From Ramazzottius varieornatus (Eukaryota; Animalia; Tardigrada): a stretch of DNA of 64,000 bases. Under the pieces are notes generated by a model that worked only from the letters and a program-made list of their open reading frames with translations, had not been told where the DNA came from and did no database searches. The stretch is taken from positions 1,422,263-1,486,262 of the forward strand of contig BDGG01000001.1 of NCBI GenBank assembly GCA_001949185.1, given 5' to 3'. Position numbers and translations under genes: made by a program. Shown here piece by piece: positions 1 to 11,933 of the stretch; within the stretch, counting starts at the first letter, position 1; every line of letters begins with the position of its first letter.

Positions 1-1
1 T

Positions 2-766
2 TATGGCGGGAAATGCGCTAAAGGCTATGGAGGAAAAGGAGGCCGTGGTAGCGCTGGGCGGGGGAAGGACGGTATGGGCCACCCCGGTACTATGGTAGGC
101 TGCAAAAGGGCTGCCGGAAACAGAGATGCCACCGGGAACCCAGGTGAAACGGTGGACAAGACGGTGGATATGCAGCTTAACGCTCGTTTGGAACCAGGTG
201 GTGGAATAGCGGACCTCGGCAATGTTACACTGCCCGCCATCACTAATCAAACCTTCAAAAGTGCGCCGAAAGCAGTAAGTCAACAGCCGGATGACTCGTC
301 AATCAACACAGAAGACGGCAACCAAAAGAACGTAGCAGGAAACACGCAGAGCGAAGGGAATGTAACCTCCACAGAGAGTCAGAAGACGGCCAAACAAAAT
401 GTTGATGTTTCTCTACAAAATAAGACTGAGGAGAGGAATGAAAGACAAAAGTTTCTTTCCACGTTGGACGAACATTCGCTCGGAACATTGCCAGAACCAG
501 CAAAGCAACAAGAAGAAACCAGCGTTTCCCTGCTACCTATGACGACAACTCCAAGTAATTTAACAGTCGAAGCCAAACTGGGAGTCGATGGTACTTCGGC
601 TCTCACCACAAGCACGAAGGACAGACACGAAATTTTCACGACTATAAGTGGGGATGGGGAAGTTAAGATTAGTGATGAGTCCCAAAAAGTTCAGTCAGCT
701 ACTCCCAATACTGAAACCAGCACCGCCGTCGCAGTTACCACAAGCGTTACCACCAAGACAGTATAA
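2..766 (+). CDS. 3' part of a low-complexity Gly-rich then Thr/Ser/Glu-rich (mucin-like/disordered) protein, 5' end outside the window
   Basis: Frame is open from base 2 (YGGKCAKGYGGKGGRGSAGRGKDG) into ORF 74..766; Thr-rich C-terminus; no recognisable domain. Confidence 0.55.
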   Translation, partial: YGGKCAKGYGGKGGRGSAGRGKDGMGHPGTMVGCKRAAGNRDATGNPGETVDKTVDMQLNARLEPGGGIADLGNVTLPAITNQTFKSAPKAVSQQPDDSSINTEDGNQKNVAGNTQSEGNVTSTESQKTAKQNVDVSLQNKTEERNERQKFLSTLDEHSLGTLPEPAKQQEETSVSLLPMTTTPSNLTVEAKLGVDGTSALTTSTKDRHEIFTTISGDGEVKISDESQKVQSATPNTETSTAVAVTTSVTTKTV

Positions 767-1070
767 GGCTTTGGTGCTGGTGTGGACGTGGCTTGGCCAT
801 TCTTTTGTTTCTGTTTCATGATTTTGAATGTTTCGTTTGAGATTCGAGCTCCAACCGGTCCAAAGGACTATCTTCCGTGGAAACGACTGCCTTGTTATTG
901 AATTGTGTGGACAAGTCGGACTAAAAGCCGAGAGACTAACTGACGAGAAAACAACTTCTGTACATGAGGACAAAATACTCCACGACACGTATCAGTGAAA
1001 CTGCCGGCAAAACGTCAACGGAACCGGTGTGAAGGTTGAACACTAAGTAGGGCGATTACATTTGGCGTTT

Positions 1071-3062
1071 TCAATGACCAAAAAGCGAAGGATGTATGAA
1101 TTCTTTAGAACCTGAGATCGACGATAACGAAGCAGCGTAGAAAGATTTCTGCCGGTTTCGACGGTAGGTTACAACCATGTAGATGATCATGGCCAAGAGA
1201 ACAATGAAAAAGCAAGCGGAAACGATGGCTAGGATGATGGCGATCAGCTGGTAGGAAGACTCACAGGGCGTCACATATGTTGGGTGATAGAGTACCGATG
1301 CGTCTGCAAGCAATAACGAACTTCGGTGGGCAACGCAATGGTTAGCATGCGTAGGCTTTGGCTTACTCTGAGAGGTACCGCGAGCTCGAAGAGACTTTCC
1401 GGTGATGAGCTTTTCCGGTTCTTCGTCAAGAATAACCAGGGTGTTCCCGATGCTTTGGCTCGGTACGGAAGCCGTAATCTGTGTGGCTTCTCGCTTACGT
1501 TTTCCGTAGGACTTCACACCCGAACAGTCAACCTACGAAAAGGGAAATTCGTGGCACAAATTCTTTTCAGTGGGTGAATAGCTGCCTGGCTCTTACCGGT
1601 ATGCACGAATCGACACAGTAATCAATCGTGCATTGATAAAAAACTTGGAACGACTTCCTAAATCGAAATGCCAGAAATTGGGTCTCCAAAGCGGAGCCGT
1701 TCTTTTGAAGTTGGGGAAAGACTTCCGGGTGGATGGGACAGCCTTTACCGTCGATCAAGTCGAGAGACTCGGACGGGTTTTCGCCTTGAGCCTTGCAGTT
1801 CCTTGCAAAGATACCGTAGGGACCTGTAAACGATATGACATTATATGATCGGTGGTTCTCGACGAATATTCAGATGACTACGGTGAATAATAAGCAATAC
1901 TATACAAACGATGAATATGAAAGTATCTCACTTGCGCGGCTGAGTTCGACGCGGAAGACCATATTGTCGCCGACACGTGCCACGTTGACATCATTGGCAT
2001 CCAAGTTGATCAGCCGGATGACCGGATCGGGTCGTGGAACCTTCAAGTTCATTTCCAATGGAGTAATTTGGTCAATCTCCATCGGCTTGTGGCTGATTTC
2101 CAGATCGCTTAAGTCGTATTGACAACTGATTTTAAAACGACGATCCCTTCTCGTTACCTAAACGATTACCAAAATCCATTAAGGCTTGCAGTATTCACCC
2201 AAAGTAAGAAAACGTTGTAGAAAAAAGGGACGAGACTCTTTTGGCCATCGCACACTTACAATCAGGTCATCCCACTGGATGATAATCACGTTCTCGTATA
2301 ATCCGTTGCCCTGTGAAATATGAATATTTGCTAGGCAAATTTACAAGCTGAAGTAAGGTGGACACTGAAATAAGAATTTTGGATGGTGTACAGAGTCGCA
2401 AGCTTACGATGTATTTGGTTCCACAGGCTCCTTGCAAGGGAATTTCCAACGAGAAGTTTCGCTGCTTAGACAAGTCAAGCTGGCAAGTCTTATCGAAAAC
2501 GCCTTCCGGGTATACCAAGCCAGAGAATGGCTCGGTTGATTGACCTTGAACGACAATACGATCCGGTCCGCATTCGAAAGCCACTAAGGAAACAAACACC
2601 TAGGATAATAAATCATTCACAGCGCAGAATTCAATGTGGATGTGACGACTAACATTCCATACATCCTTCCCGAGATTTCTCGTAATAATTAAAGTTTTGT
2701 ATCAGTCCATTGTCATCGAAGAGTGCCGGTTGAGTCCTGCGGTTGTAGACCGAGAGCAAACACTCAGTGTTGCCCGCCGATGTAATTCCAAAACTGAAGG
2801 ACTGACAAGATCCGGCTGCAATACACTTATCCTGACAGTCAAGATCCGACACATTGGCGAAACTCTGGAAGGCGAAGGTGGCTTTAATTCGACCCAGGAG
2901 CCGGGTGAAGCTGACGCATTCGTCAGCTGATGGATCCGATAGTTCGTGTGTTAGAGGAGTGCCTGTTTGGTTTGTAATGGTGTCGGCTTCGGCAAGAAAG
3001 ATGAGGCAGAGAGTCGGAAGGAGAACGGCATACTCCACGTCCAGAAGCCTGCGCTTCAGCAT
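1071..3062 (-). CDS. PAN/Apple + ZP domain type I membrane protein (cuticlin/dusky/NompA-like), multi-exon
   Basis: ATG at 3062 with signal peptide (AVLLPTLCLIFLAEA); PAN Cys pattern (DCQDKC..CQSFSF..CLLS..NYYEK..C); intron 2653-2584 joins to ZP-N start CMELAFECGPDRIVV..PFSGLVY; ZP-C motifs IDGKGCP and FLAFRF..VFYQCTIDYCVDSC; furin site KRKR, TM helix and short tail in ORF 1071..1517. Confidence 0.9.
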
Positions 3063-4871
3063 TCTCAAGTTCTCCGGATGTTCCGTAAAAAATCTGGGTC
3101 GAGTTGAATGCTGGCAAAGGCGGATGTTATCGACGACCGGTGAGAGTTGTTCTCCGTAGCGGTGCCGGAAGCTTGGTGGTAAAAGCCGACGTCCAACTTC
3201 GACCTTGCAATAGTGAAAAGATGCGCAGTGACCAAGGGTGAATGTCTGCACTAAAAATGGCCGATGGGGATTTTTGTCAGCTGCAAAAACTAGAAGCTAA
3301 AAGATGAGCTCGAGACCCTGAAGATGCAGCAGAGCTAACTGGCCTATTGTACGCAGCTGCTATGATGAGAACGCGGAGAAGAATGTGCCATTACGGAAGT
3401 GCTACCCTATATCATTGTACTGCTTTTTCATCCGCTTCTTTTGTCCGTATTTTAGCGTACATTCTGAGCGATCAACCTTTTTCGGAACACTTTGTAGCCC
3501 TTGAAAATATTCAAACATATCCTTGAGCTCGGTATTGTGAGCAAGGTAGCATATTACCATCATCACGTCACGCTTTGCATACTTGGCATACTCAGACATT
3601 ATCTTCCGCATACATCAACTCATCGTCCAAAAGCTAAACTTGAAAAATTTCAGCGATAACCATCTGCACCCAAAAGAGCGAACCGTGCAATCCGATCCGT
3701 TACCTTTCATTTTGTTTTTTTTTCAGGGTGAAACTTACCCTGACGTTTGCCTATTCTCGACGATCTTTGATACGCCACTCTTCGGGGAACTGAATCAGAT
3801 CTCCATCTGAAGTGGCGAAGATTCTCATTGTTGCTGGCTGAAAGTGTGCGCCACTTGGGAAAGCGGTCAAGTTCAGTTCATTTCCCGACGTCTCACACTG
3901 TACTTAGCTTGTTGCATGGGCTTTTTGTATAGGTGTATAGGATGTTCAGAAGTCTATACACCTATGCAGAATTATATAGCCTTTTTTTAATGGGGAGTGT
4001 GCTGGAAAATATGCATGTTTTCTCCACAGTGGCAAGATAGATATCAATGGGCTTGTGAATGACCGGTGGACATTGCGTGCCGCTCACACTGAGTGGTGCC
4101 TGCTTTCCATCTCGTATCCACCGGATCTCGATGACTGCAATGAAAAGGTACAAGAATGCCCTGTCATAACGGGCCATATGATTAATATGCGACACATGAC
4201 ACCCGCTTGTATTCAACTTGTCCATAACACCTCTAATCAGCCCGTCTCCGAGTTTACCGACAGACGCAAAACGAATACCGGTTTAATGGACAGAGTGTAA
4301 CGGAGAGAAAGCGACAGTAGAATCACATTAGTATGCCATCGTTAAAGATATCATAAGTCAAGGCCGCTAGCGTTCGATGCGCTCAATAAATTTATCTGAA
4401 GCTCGAATGTACTGTATAAGTTTGTGTCAAATATAGCCTTCTGATACTCTGAGCCACACTATCTGGAACTTTCACTTCAACCAAGAAGGTATCATTTTTT
4501 TGCGTTGTGGACAAAAGAGGCTGAACAGGATCGTTATTCCAAGCAGTACAAACTTTCAGCTAACCACAATAGATACGTGCGCCACTTGAGATGGTTCAAG
4601 ACAATATGGCCCAAGTCCCATGTTTCAGCCTCCGACTGTATGTCAGTGAAAACCTTTCTCACGCAGCCACACTTGGACAACCACAACACAAACAATAGAA
4701 ATGAGCGAAAAAGCAACCAAATTTGTGCCTTGTCAGTTTGAACTAATCGGTGAGTCCGAGACGAACTCCTAGAAAGCAGAAAACAATTTCGGAAGACAAA
4801 CGGGAGATAGGTCGTAGAAAAGGCATAACGAGTATTGCGACTTGAACATCAAGGAGCTTATCGAAGTTAAC

Positions 4872-7800
4872 TTAAAGTTGAGCAAGTAATTCAACAGTGG
4901 TTCCGTTCACGATCTTGGGGTGCATCTGTACCCTGGTAGAGTTCGATCTCGTGGCAGCGCCACCTGTCGAGGGAGCCACATAGTTGTCGTTGAAGATGGC
5001 GTTCACGTGTCCACTTTGCGCGTTCCTCCTTGGAGCAGTCGGCGGACAGTTCACTGTGGCCGCCTGTCCAAGTCGCAATGCTGGGCGAAGGCGATAGCTT
5101 GGCGGCTCGGGTTGAGCAGGAACGATATCGGGCAGTGGATGTGAAAGCGGAAGAGAAGCTTGATGCAGTGTGGGAAGTTGGTCCAGAGGCTGGCCTGCAC
5201 TCTCGGGTGGAGGGTGAATTGCCGGAAGGACACGTGCCATCACTGCGCGGTATTGTGGTGGGGGTGTCCGGTTGATGTCAGCAAACGATGGCTGATTGCG
5301 GTTAAATGCTGCTTGCATTTGCCTGAAAAGAAGCATTCATTACTGCCATTCATGTGAGCATTTTCGAAAGGAGATACGTACCGGTAGTCAGCCATGGTAG
5401 CGTGGTAAGACGGCGGCGGTGGCCGGATATGGAAGCTGCTGGAAGAGAGATCATAGTACGGTGCGGCGGGACACTGGTTGCGCCCGAAGGATGTGCGGAG
5501 AAGGCCGTGGAAGCTTGAGCCGGTATGGGTATGACCGTGGGAAGGACGGAAAGACTGTAGAGCAGGAGAGGTGGCGCGGCTGGGCACGAACCCCAGCATG
5601 TGGCGTAGTGATGGTGCCGAACCTTGCTTCGCTGTCAACCGCCAGGCGACGCCACTGACTGCCAGTAAGATAATGCCAACACCTGAAAAAAACATTGCTG
5701 TGTTGCGCGTACACAATAAACGCAGAAAAATTCAAATCAAGTTCTTCGTTCTCGATCTTGCCAATGACGGTATGACACCAGTGAAAATATAGATTAAGTT
5801 ACCACTCTCGTTCACTTTCCCACTGTAGCTAGGGCTTGCTCCGCCCAATTCGTCACGTGTGACTACAATGTGATTCCCGGAGCTCCCCTTTATTTAAGTT
5901 GTTTTCGAAAAATAGCGTTTTCGGATTTACGGTTAGCTAGTTATTGTAAAGCATGGTGGCTGCCCAACTTGCCAAAGTTGTGGTCAGCTGCTCCGCTGGT
6001 GAGTGACGTTGAGGCTCATTTTAGCTACAGTCGGACTTTCAACCGGCGGTTACACGTTGATCTCTGTAACGTTGGAAATCGTCTAAGAGCACGGGCTGGT
6101 TTACTCTGGATTTTCTCTCCGGGGAAATGACTGTATTTTACGCCAAACAACTACATGAAAACGTAAAACTGACTGACTCGTGGAGTATCAGTTGCCGCTT
6201 GTTCGCCATTAAGAAGGGAATCAAAATAAACTGTCCTTTATTTGCGTCAATCTTGCGCAACGAGGTAAAGTGCCCCTTGTAAGACTCGTTGGCTTTTGCG
6301 GAGTGCGTTATTTGTGGTGAGCACAGTTAGCCATGAAATATGTAACGAACACCAGGTGTTTGATTGCCGCTCCGTTTATTGTAATGTAGATTGGGTAATC
6401 GGCGCTCGCATGAGCTTACCGAAAACAAGTAACACCATTATGGTGGGTGGGCCAGTTTTCACGTCTGCATCACCGTGATTCCATAGTAAGCGTGAAGATG
6501 CATTAGCGAAATTCAGCGGAAACAAGCATAACTGGTTTAAATTCATCACTTCCGCTTGTTTTTGAACATGGCTTTACAGTAAAACTTCGTCCGGTCGACA
6601 GCCCAGTAACTTTGCTTGCGATTTTCAGTCAGCTGAGAATCTAAGACATGGACCTGCGAGCACTTGAAAATGCGAGATTCTTGGAAATTTGAATAGAGTT
6701 TTAGAGTTCGTCTGATTTTTTGGCAGATCAGGCGTTTGGAAAATGAGCTGAGGGCGAAAAACCCGATTGCCTTGAACCGATCGTTACGGCAAAGCGCTCC
6801 GCGATTAACAACTCTTTCTCACTTTGGTCTCGCATGATCGCTTCGATAACTTTATTCTGTCAAACAAAGGTCTTTTTGTAAAACCCAGAATAGTCGCCAG
6901 TTAAGTTACACATTCTTTACGATGTTTCGTTCGCGCGACCGTAATTAGGAGCGAACTAGTCGGCGTTCGTTGGTATCAACGTTCTTTTTCGCTTAATTTA
7001 TACACGTGTCTTCTCATGTTGCAAACTAGACGTCAAAAAGCTGCCGAACGGTAGATCAAAGACAAGACAAGGAAGGCTGACACTACCAACAAACAGACTG
7101 CTGTTCCGGAGTGTTCAGCTCAAGTTTCACGGTGTCCGTTCAATGTCGTCCCAGTGTAATCGGAAACTTTGGGTACACCTACGTATCTCCACCGCGAAAA
7201 ACGCAATTCCAAATGTTTTCAGTGAATGCACGTGTCTTCGTGTTGATCGTAAAATCAACAAGAAAACGAATGAGTTCTGTCTAACGGTAGCACTTTCGTT
7301 TTAGCAAAAACCTCTCGTTTGCGTAGAGTCGAATAAAAACTTGACTACTACTTGTAACTTTCGGAAGGTGCGAAACTTTTGATTGACTGATGAACAGTCT
7401 GCCCTCGTGCAAGATTGAAAGACTGTATCTTATGTCTAGAATTTTCCGACTAGGCTCGATATGAAAAACCTGAAAACGTTTCGCACATATCTTCCTGACG
7501 ACCAAACCTCAACCATAGTACGCCCTAATGGTCCACAATCAATCACATGCGAATCAATCACACACAGAAATCTGCCAGATATAATCCTATTGATTTTTGT
7601 GGATTCGAAACAAGCAGCAGGGCTTGACCCAGTGGTGGTTTCATATTTATCCAATATGACATCCTTGACGCAGCAGCTCTCAGGCCATAACGATGCTCCG
7701 GCGCAATAATACAGCCATGTGCTAGCGGTCAAGAGGTCTTGCAGCACGCTTCTTCACTCGCTACACACAATACCGCGCTCTGGCCTCCACTCCAGCCCTC

Positions 7801-8793
7801 CATGCCGGATTGCCATAATAACTTCATATCGATTAATGATACATTCATCTTCCTACACTTTTCTGATGCCATCTATCTCTGTGGGCAGCTCGAGGCAGTT
7901 TGTAATGGTCAGCGCAGATGCCGGAACCAATTCATCCCGTTCATTCTGCACATGTACGCAGGTCCACGACCCCTCACACTATCTAAACTGATGTCGTGAC
8001 ACACACCTGCAATACCACCAAGAAACAGTCGATTTCTCTACGGTATCAGTGATAGTACGCACGTCGTTGTCACAGCTTGGATGTTATGCCTGTGCGGAGA
8101 CACCAAACTGGGGGCCCATTGCAAACGAAAAATGACATTCCTCAATTTCATTGATTTTCCAGCTTTACAAGCACGTAAAAACAACAGCCCTGAATTGGCT
8201 AGATCGAGTTGTTATGTTTAGAGTTGCAAGTGTAAATTTGACTTACCAATTAAGAGAAGTGCAATAGTCAGACTATCATCCGCCGTGAACTCGTTGGCAC
8301 CCTTCAGACTGCCCAACACAATGCCCACCACCACGCAGCAAAGTGCAATAAAGCAAATCACAACGATGAACCAGCGGATATTGACCGTCGTCGGCCCACT
8401 CCCACACCAACGTTCCTCCCAATAGGGTCCACAACACCGCTTCTGGTTATCCTCGTCCATCGTACCCGCATAGGGTTCCACGCTAAACAACCGCGAACTT
8501 CCAGGACAAGTCCGCGTCGCCGTTTCCGTTGGTTGCAGCTGGAGATTCTGAGTAAAGAAGCGCATTCTGCGTCCTCGGATGAGAGTGTACGGCGGTGGAC
8601 GGTCATCCGGACAATTTATGCTGATAGCGGTGTTATCCGATGGGACTGACGAGCTTGGCTGATTGTCGTGATTTGTCCCGGCAGAAGGATGACCATTAAT
8701 GTCCGATACAGGATAAACATTCTTATCGGGCGAAGCCTTCCTATACATGTCGGGATTCGACGTCGTAGAGGACGATGGCATGTTTATCGGCAT
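4872..8793 (-). CDS. Two-TM membrane protein with multiple PPxY motifs, 3 coding exons (8793-8247, 5682-5382, 5322-4872)
   Basis: Exon 1 ends IALLLIG at a gtaagt donor; exon 2 resumes VGIILLAVSGVAWRLT after ttttttcag, completing TM2; PPPY, PPPPSY, PPPQY and PPSY motifs; upstream exons (9960-9884 and from 8931) have canonical splice sites. Confidence 0.8.
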
Positions 8794-11700
8794 GGGAGAA
8801 TGTTATGATATCACCAGACAAGGAAGCAGAGCAAGTTTGATGCCGATAAGGATATGTTAGGGGGATCAGGTCCGCTCTTGGTTATCATTTGAGGCGGAAG
8901 AGAGGGAAAGAGACGGCTTTAGCTTTCCAGTCTAAAGAAAAATAAATAAATAATTTACAACATTAGACGAAAGCAGCGCTCAAAGCCGGAATTTGATGTT
9001 GAAGAGCGTAAAAGAGGGCGTTGGTGTTTCCGCCTTGCTTTGGCTGTGAAGGATATCACCAGGAGGCCTAACTGAGTTGTTGAAGGACATCAACGCTTTT
9101 TTGATGGACAGTTTAAAAAAAGTGAGCTAGCACCAAAGCTTAACCAAGACGTTACGGACAGATGGAAAGCTGCGATCAGGCTCTGCTCGTAGAACGCCAC
9201 ATTATTTTGCGGCTAGACTCAAGCGCAAGCTGTTCAAGCTTAGCGAGCTGCTGTACCAGCAAGTCTTCAGTCGACGATTCGAAAGAGATGATTGCGTGCC
9301 TATGCGGCAATACCGAGTGATAGAGTGGAAGCTAACAACAAAAAAGCAGCCATGTGAGGAGTCATGCTCGAGATGCGCCAGACGCCATGTTCGACAGTTT
9401 CTCCTTGTTGTTATCGCCTCGTAATTTTGCTCGGGAAATAGTTGACCTCCTACATGGTTCCCGCGCAGATGGCAACTTCTGACCGGATGTCGTCTTCTTC
9501 TGGAGAGCTTAAACTGGAGTCGCTGGCTGCGCGCGGACCCTTAACCCCTCACGTCATTATGCACCCAGTCAAGGACAAGCAAAAAATTGTGATGACGAGG
9601 TACTTCGAGTTGATACGCTGCCAAAAAGAGCAAACGTTTTTACCTTCTGTATGCTTTTGATGTGCGCCTAACAAAAAAGGCTCGATTCGGTAAACATCAC
9701 GAAAAACTGGATAACGCCACGGCGTACTTTGCGTCTTTGTTTGGAAGTCTGCCGAGACTAAACAGCAAAAAGGATCTTAGCAAAACAGCAAAGGTACGCC
9801 GAACGGCTAGCCCAAGACAAATTTTGACTGTTAGCACGAAAAGCGTAAGACAATAGATACAGTAGCGAGCAGATCTCACTTACCGTCCAAGACAAAAGCA
9901 GCGGGCTTCAAGGAAGATAATGAACAGAAGATGACGACCTCCGTGTGGCTCAACTTCATGCTGTCAACAAGTAAGAAAAAGCAAACGTTCGAATGGACGT
10001 CTTCCCAAATAGAATGACGTAAATGTGCGTGGATAAGTTTGTCAGATGCCCAACGTGTGTAAAGCGTAACGGCATTGTAAACGGCCTGCAGCCAGCTGTG
10101 AAGACGTCAAAGCCTTCACAAGCCTTGTAAGCATTATGAAGTGGACTGGAGCGCATAGACCGCGTACAAAGAGAAAATGAACGCGCCAAAACGGTATTAC
10201 ACAGCAGAGCGCCTAATGCTACTGTAAACTCTAAACATGAAACCGCTGAGAAGTCTGCACTGAAATGAGAACCAGATTTGTTCGTATCGATGGACGCCAT
10301 GCATGGCGGTTGAGAATGGAAAGCCGCTCGATGGATAGATGGTCCAACCCGTCTCGACTTTGAAGGCCAGCTAACCGTCCACGCGATGATACACTTCACC
10401 AGTTTATAGCTGCTCGCTCAAACGTGAAAGTCGAGGACGCGCTGCACTGTGTTGTGGTGGATGAAGCCATAATGTCGATATAGCTGACCATCTGTCTTGC
10501 AGCTGGACAGTATTAAACTCCGCTTAATTCTCTGCCAGACGTATGATTATATCCCGAGCTTTACTATCGTCTCGCGTTACTCATCAAATAATCAGCCGGG
10601 ATCAATGTAAACTCATATTCAATGAAACTCAACCGAGCTAAGAAGAAAGTTCAGAGCGAACATAAATTACTCTGTAAAACGTAGATTATGGTCGAGTCCA
10701 GTACGGAATGTCCGATCTCAGTAATTTTGTTTATTTCTTGGTGGGTCGATGTACTCAGATTTGAAGTGACTTCAGAAAGGAAATGAGATGTTCTGAGGTG
10801 CGCAATGTCCTGTCTGCATCAGATAATGATATCATTCATATGAAGACAAACAGTTGGCCTTCGCCAGACGAGGTTGTAAAAGTGTTGTACCGAGTGTCCG
10901 TGGTAGGAGCCGAAGCGAGGCGGTAGAGACGGAGATGCTGACCAGCGCGTTGCTCGAAGATGAAGAGCACAGTGTAACCAATATTTGACTTGTGAAGATT
11001 CAATATTGTTCTTTTGTCTTTCAGTGAGGGTCAATCGTCACTACTCGGCAAAGTGTGCGATGTACATCCTAGGTCACAAGGAACTCGCACCATCACAAGC
11101 AAAGTTACAACTGGATCTCACATAGGCCTCAGGAACATTCCCCAGTATGTACTTTTTTCGGTCGCCGATATGCATATAATTGACGTCCCGATATCTGTGT
11201 ATTGGACAGCTTCCTTCTAATTTTTCCGGCTGAAAGCTAGTTAGCGTTGGCACGAACGAACAAAGTCGTTCGGTCAGCCAGCTTCTCACCGCGGTAACTT
11301 CCCACCGGCACTTAAATTTGCTCACGTGTTACGAAACGACAGGTAAAGAATTCTGATAGGTTCTACCTAGCTCAAGTTCAACCACAAAGTTCTTTCCGCT
11401 TCTGATGCTGCTTCTTTGTCATGGTAAGACCTCGCACTCCAACAATCTACAAGCGCGTACGTTCGCCAGAGATGCGGAAGCCGTGCACGTATGAAACGCA
11501 AGACCAGTACGAGCAGAAGCGTCGTAGTTTTAGGTGAGACAGGTGAAAGCTGGGTTGTGGTCGTGGAGAGCCAACCACCGATGCGACAGCCGCGCCACCT
11601 GCTTGAAACTTCTTCTCCGTGTCAACCCGCAAACCACCTGAGCCGTTCTGGTCTTCACGGAATATCAAAAGAGTCAAGTTAAAGACTGAAGACTGCCGTA

Positions 11701-11933
11701 AAATCAGAAACTGGTGTATGTTCCTATTTGGCAAACGCCGTGATGTTACCAGCAAGCATAACCTTACATGGAAGGGAAAAAAAACAGGAGGATATAAACC
11801 ATGAAAGGTCTTATTTCTTGCTACTGGACGCTCTGAAAATCGAAAACAGAACTCGTCACCATACTAGCAACTCGACGAAAAATCGGAGAAGGAAGAAAGA
11901 CAAAAAAAAACTGACAGAGAATTGTCAGACAAA

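Noticed and set aside
7436-7999. Intronic ORFs including a WPESCC (tetraspanin-like) motif
   Set aside because: No TM helices or CCG motif, the frame contains stops upstream, and no convincing splice structure.
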